From: an uncultured Clostridia bacterium
GTDB lineage: Bacteria > Bacillota > Clostridia > Christensenellales > CAG-1252
DNA length: 64,000 nt
Direction: 5' to 3'
Assembly: GCA_945482995.1 (NCBI GenBank)
Contig: CALYRM010000003.1
Location: forward strand, 10,150 to 74,149
The notes beneath the pieces were generated by a model that searched no databases, was not told the DNA's origin, and saw only the letters and a list, made by a program, of their open reading frames with translations. The position numbers and the translations under genes were made by a program. Below are positions 63,825-64,000 of the stretch, in pieces (position 1 is the first letter of the stretch; every line of letters begins with the position of its first letter).

Positions 63825-64000
63825 ATTTGACGGCTTTGCCACCGTGAATTGAAGCCGTTGGCTTCGTGAATTCTTTTCTCTTACGCACTCCGTGAATTGA
63901 ATTGCAACCAACATGCACATTAGGGCAATTCATTGTTAAAGCGACTACAGGCGTTTTAACTTGGATTAGCTCCTTCGACAGTCTCAGGATGACGCTCCCG
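63825..64000 (-). repeat. Reverse-orientation copy of the composite element plus a GTCATCCTGAG unit (runs to the window edge)
   Basis: Reverse complement reads gtcatcctgagactgtcgaaggagctaatcc...gcaattcaattcacggagtgcgtaag...gaattcacgaagccaacggcttc...ggcaaagccgtcaaatcatt. Confidence 0.85.

Noticed and set aside
1-64000. Prophage, IS element, integrase, tRNA, rRNA or toxin-antitoxin genes
   Set aside because: None of the ORFs shows transposase, integrase or phage structural motifs. I saw no tRNA-like T-arm (GGTTCGAATCC-type) or rRNA sequence.

Overview
AT-rich chromosomal segment from a spore-forming Firmicutes/Clostridia-like bacterium (spo0A, CotF-family coat protein). I recognise about 45 protein-coding genes. 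I found no rRNA, tRNA, CRISPR array, transposase or integrase. The right half (32.8-64 kb) is mostly housekeeping: a heterodimeric ABC exporter, a serpin/CitG-like/aconitase/icd block, a MacB-type transporter, spo0A, ecfA1-ecfA2-ecfT-truA, and pgk-tpiA-gpmI-malQ. The left half (4-32.6 kb) looks accessory. It holds a ZIP metal transporter flanked by a 36-bp direct repeat, a DUF4062(TIR-like)-coiled-coil-TPR protein built from nine 138-bp tandem units, and a GH5 glycosidase. It also holds an ABC-transporter/beta-helix/Flg_new lipoprotein operon. Two candidate novel systems sit there. (1) A membrane-anchored McrB-family AAA+ GTPase is translationally coupled to a 431-aa partner that ends in a zinc ribbon and shows no obvious PD-(D/E)xK motif (16148-19266). 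(2) A SipW-type (archaeal-type) signal peptidase is clustered with three small secreted proteins and a ~2570-aa MBG/Listeria-Bacteroides-repeat adhesin (19372-32553). All four share a G-x-[AS]-A-W junction at the end of the N-terminal hydrophobic helix. The giant protein ends in a Hint (bacterial intein-like) autoprocessing domain. I read this second cluster as a possible TasA/TapA-like fibre-plus-giant-adhesin locus. Nearly every longer intergenic region carries a mosaic family of short repeats (core TGTCATYCTGAGCG...GGATCTCATCC), sometimes in tandem arrays, plus a ~190-nt composite element present in at least five copies. All functional calls rest on motif recognition by eye; no database searches were run.
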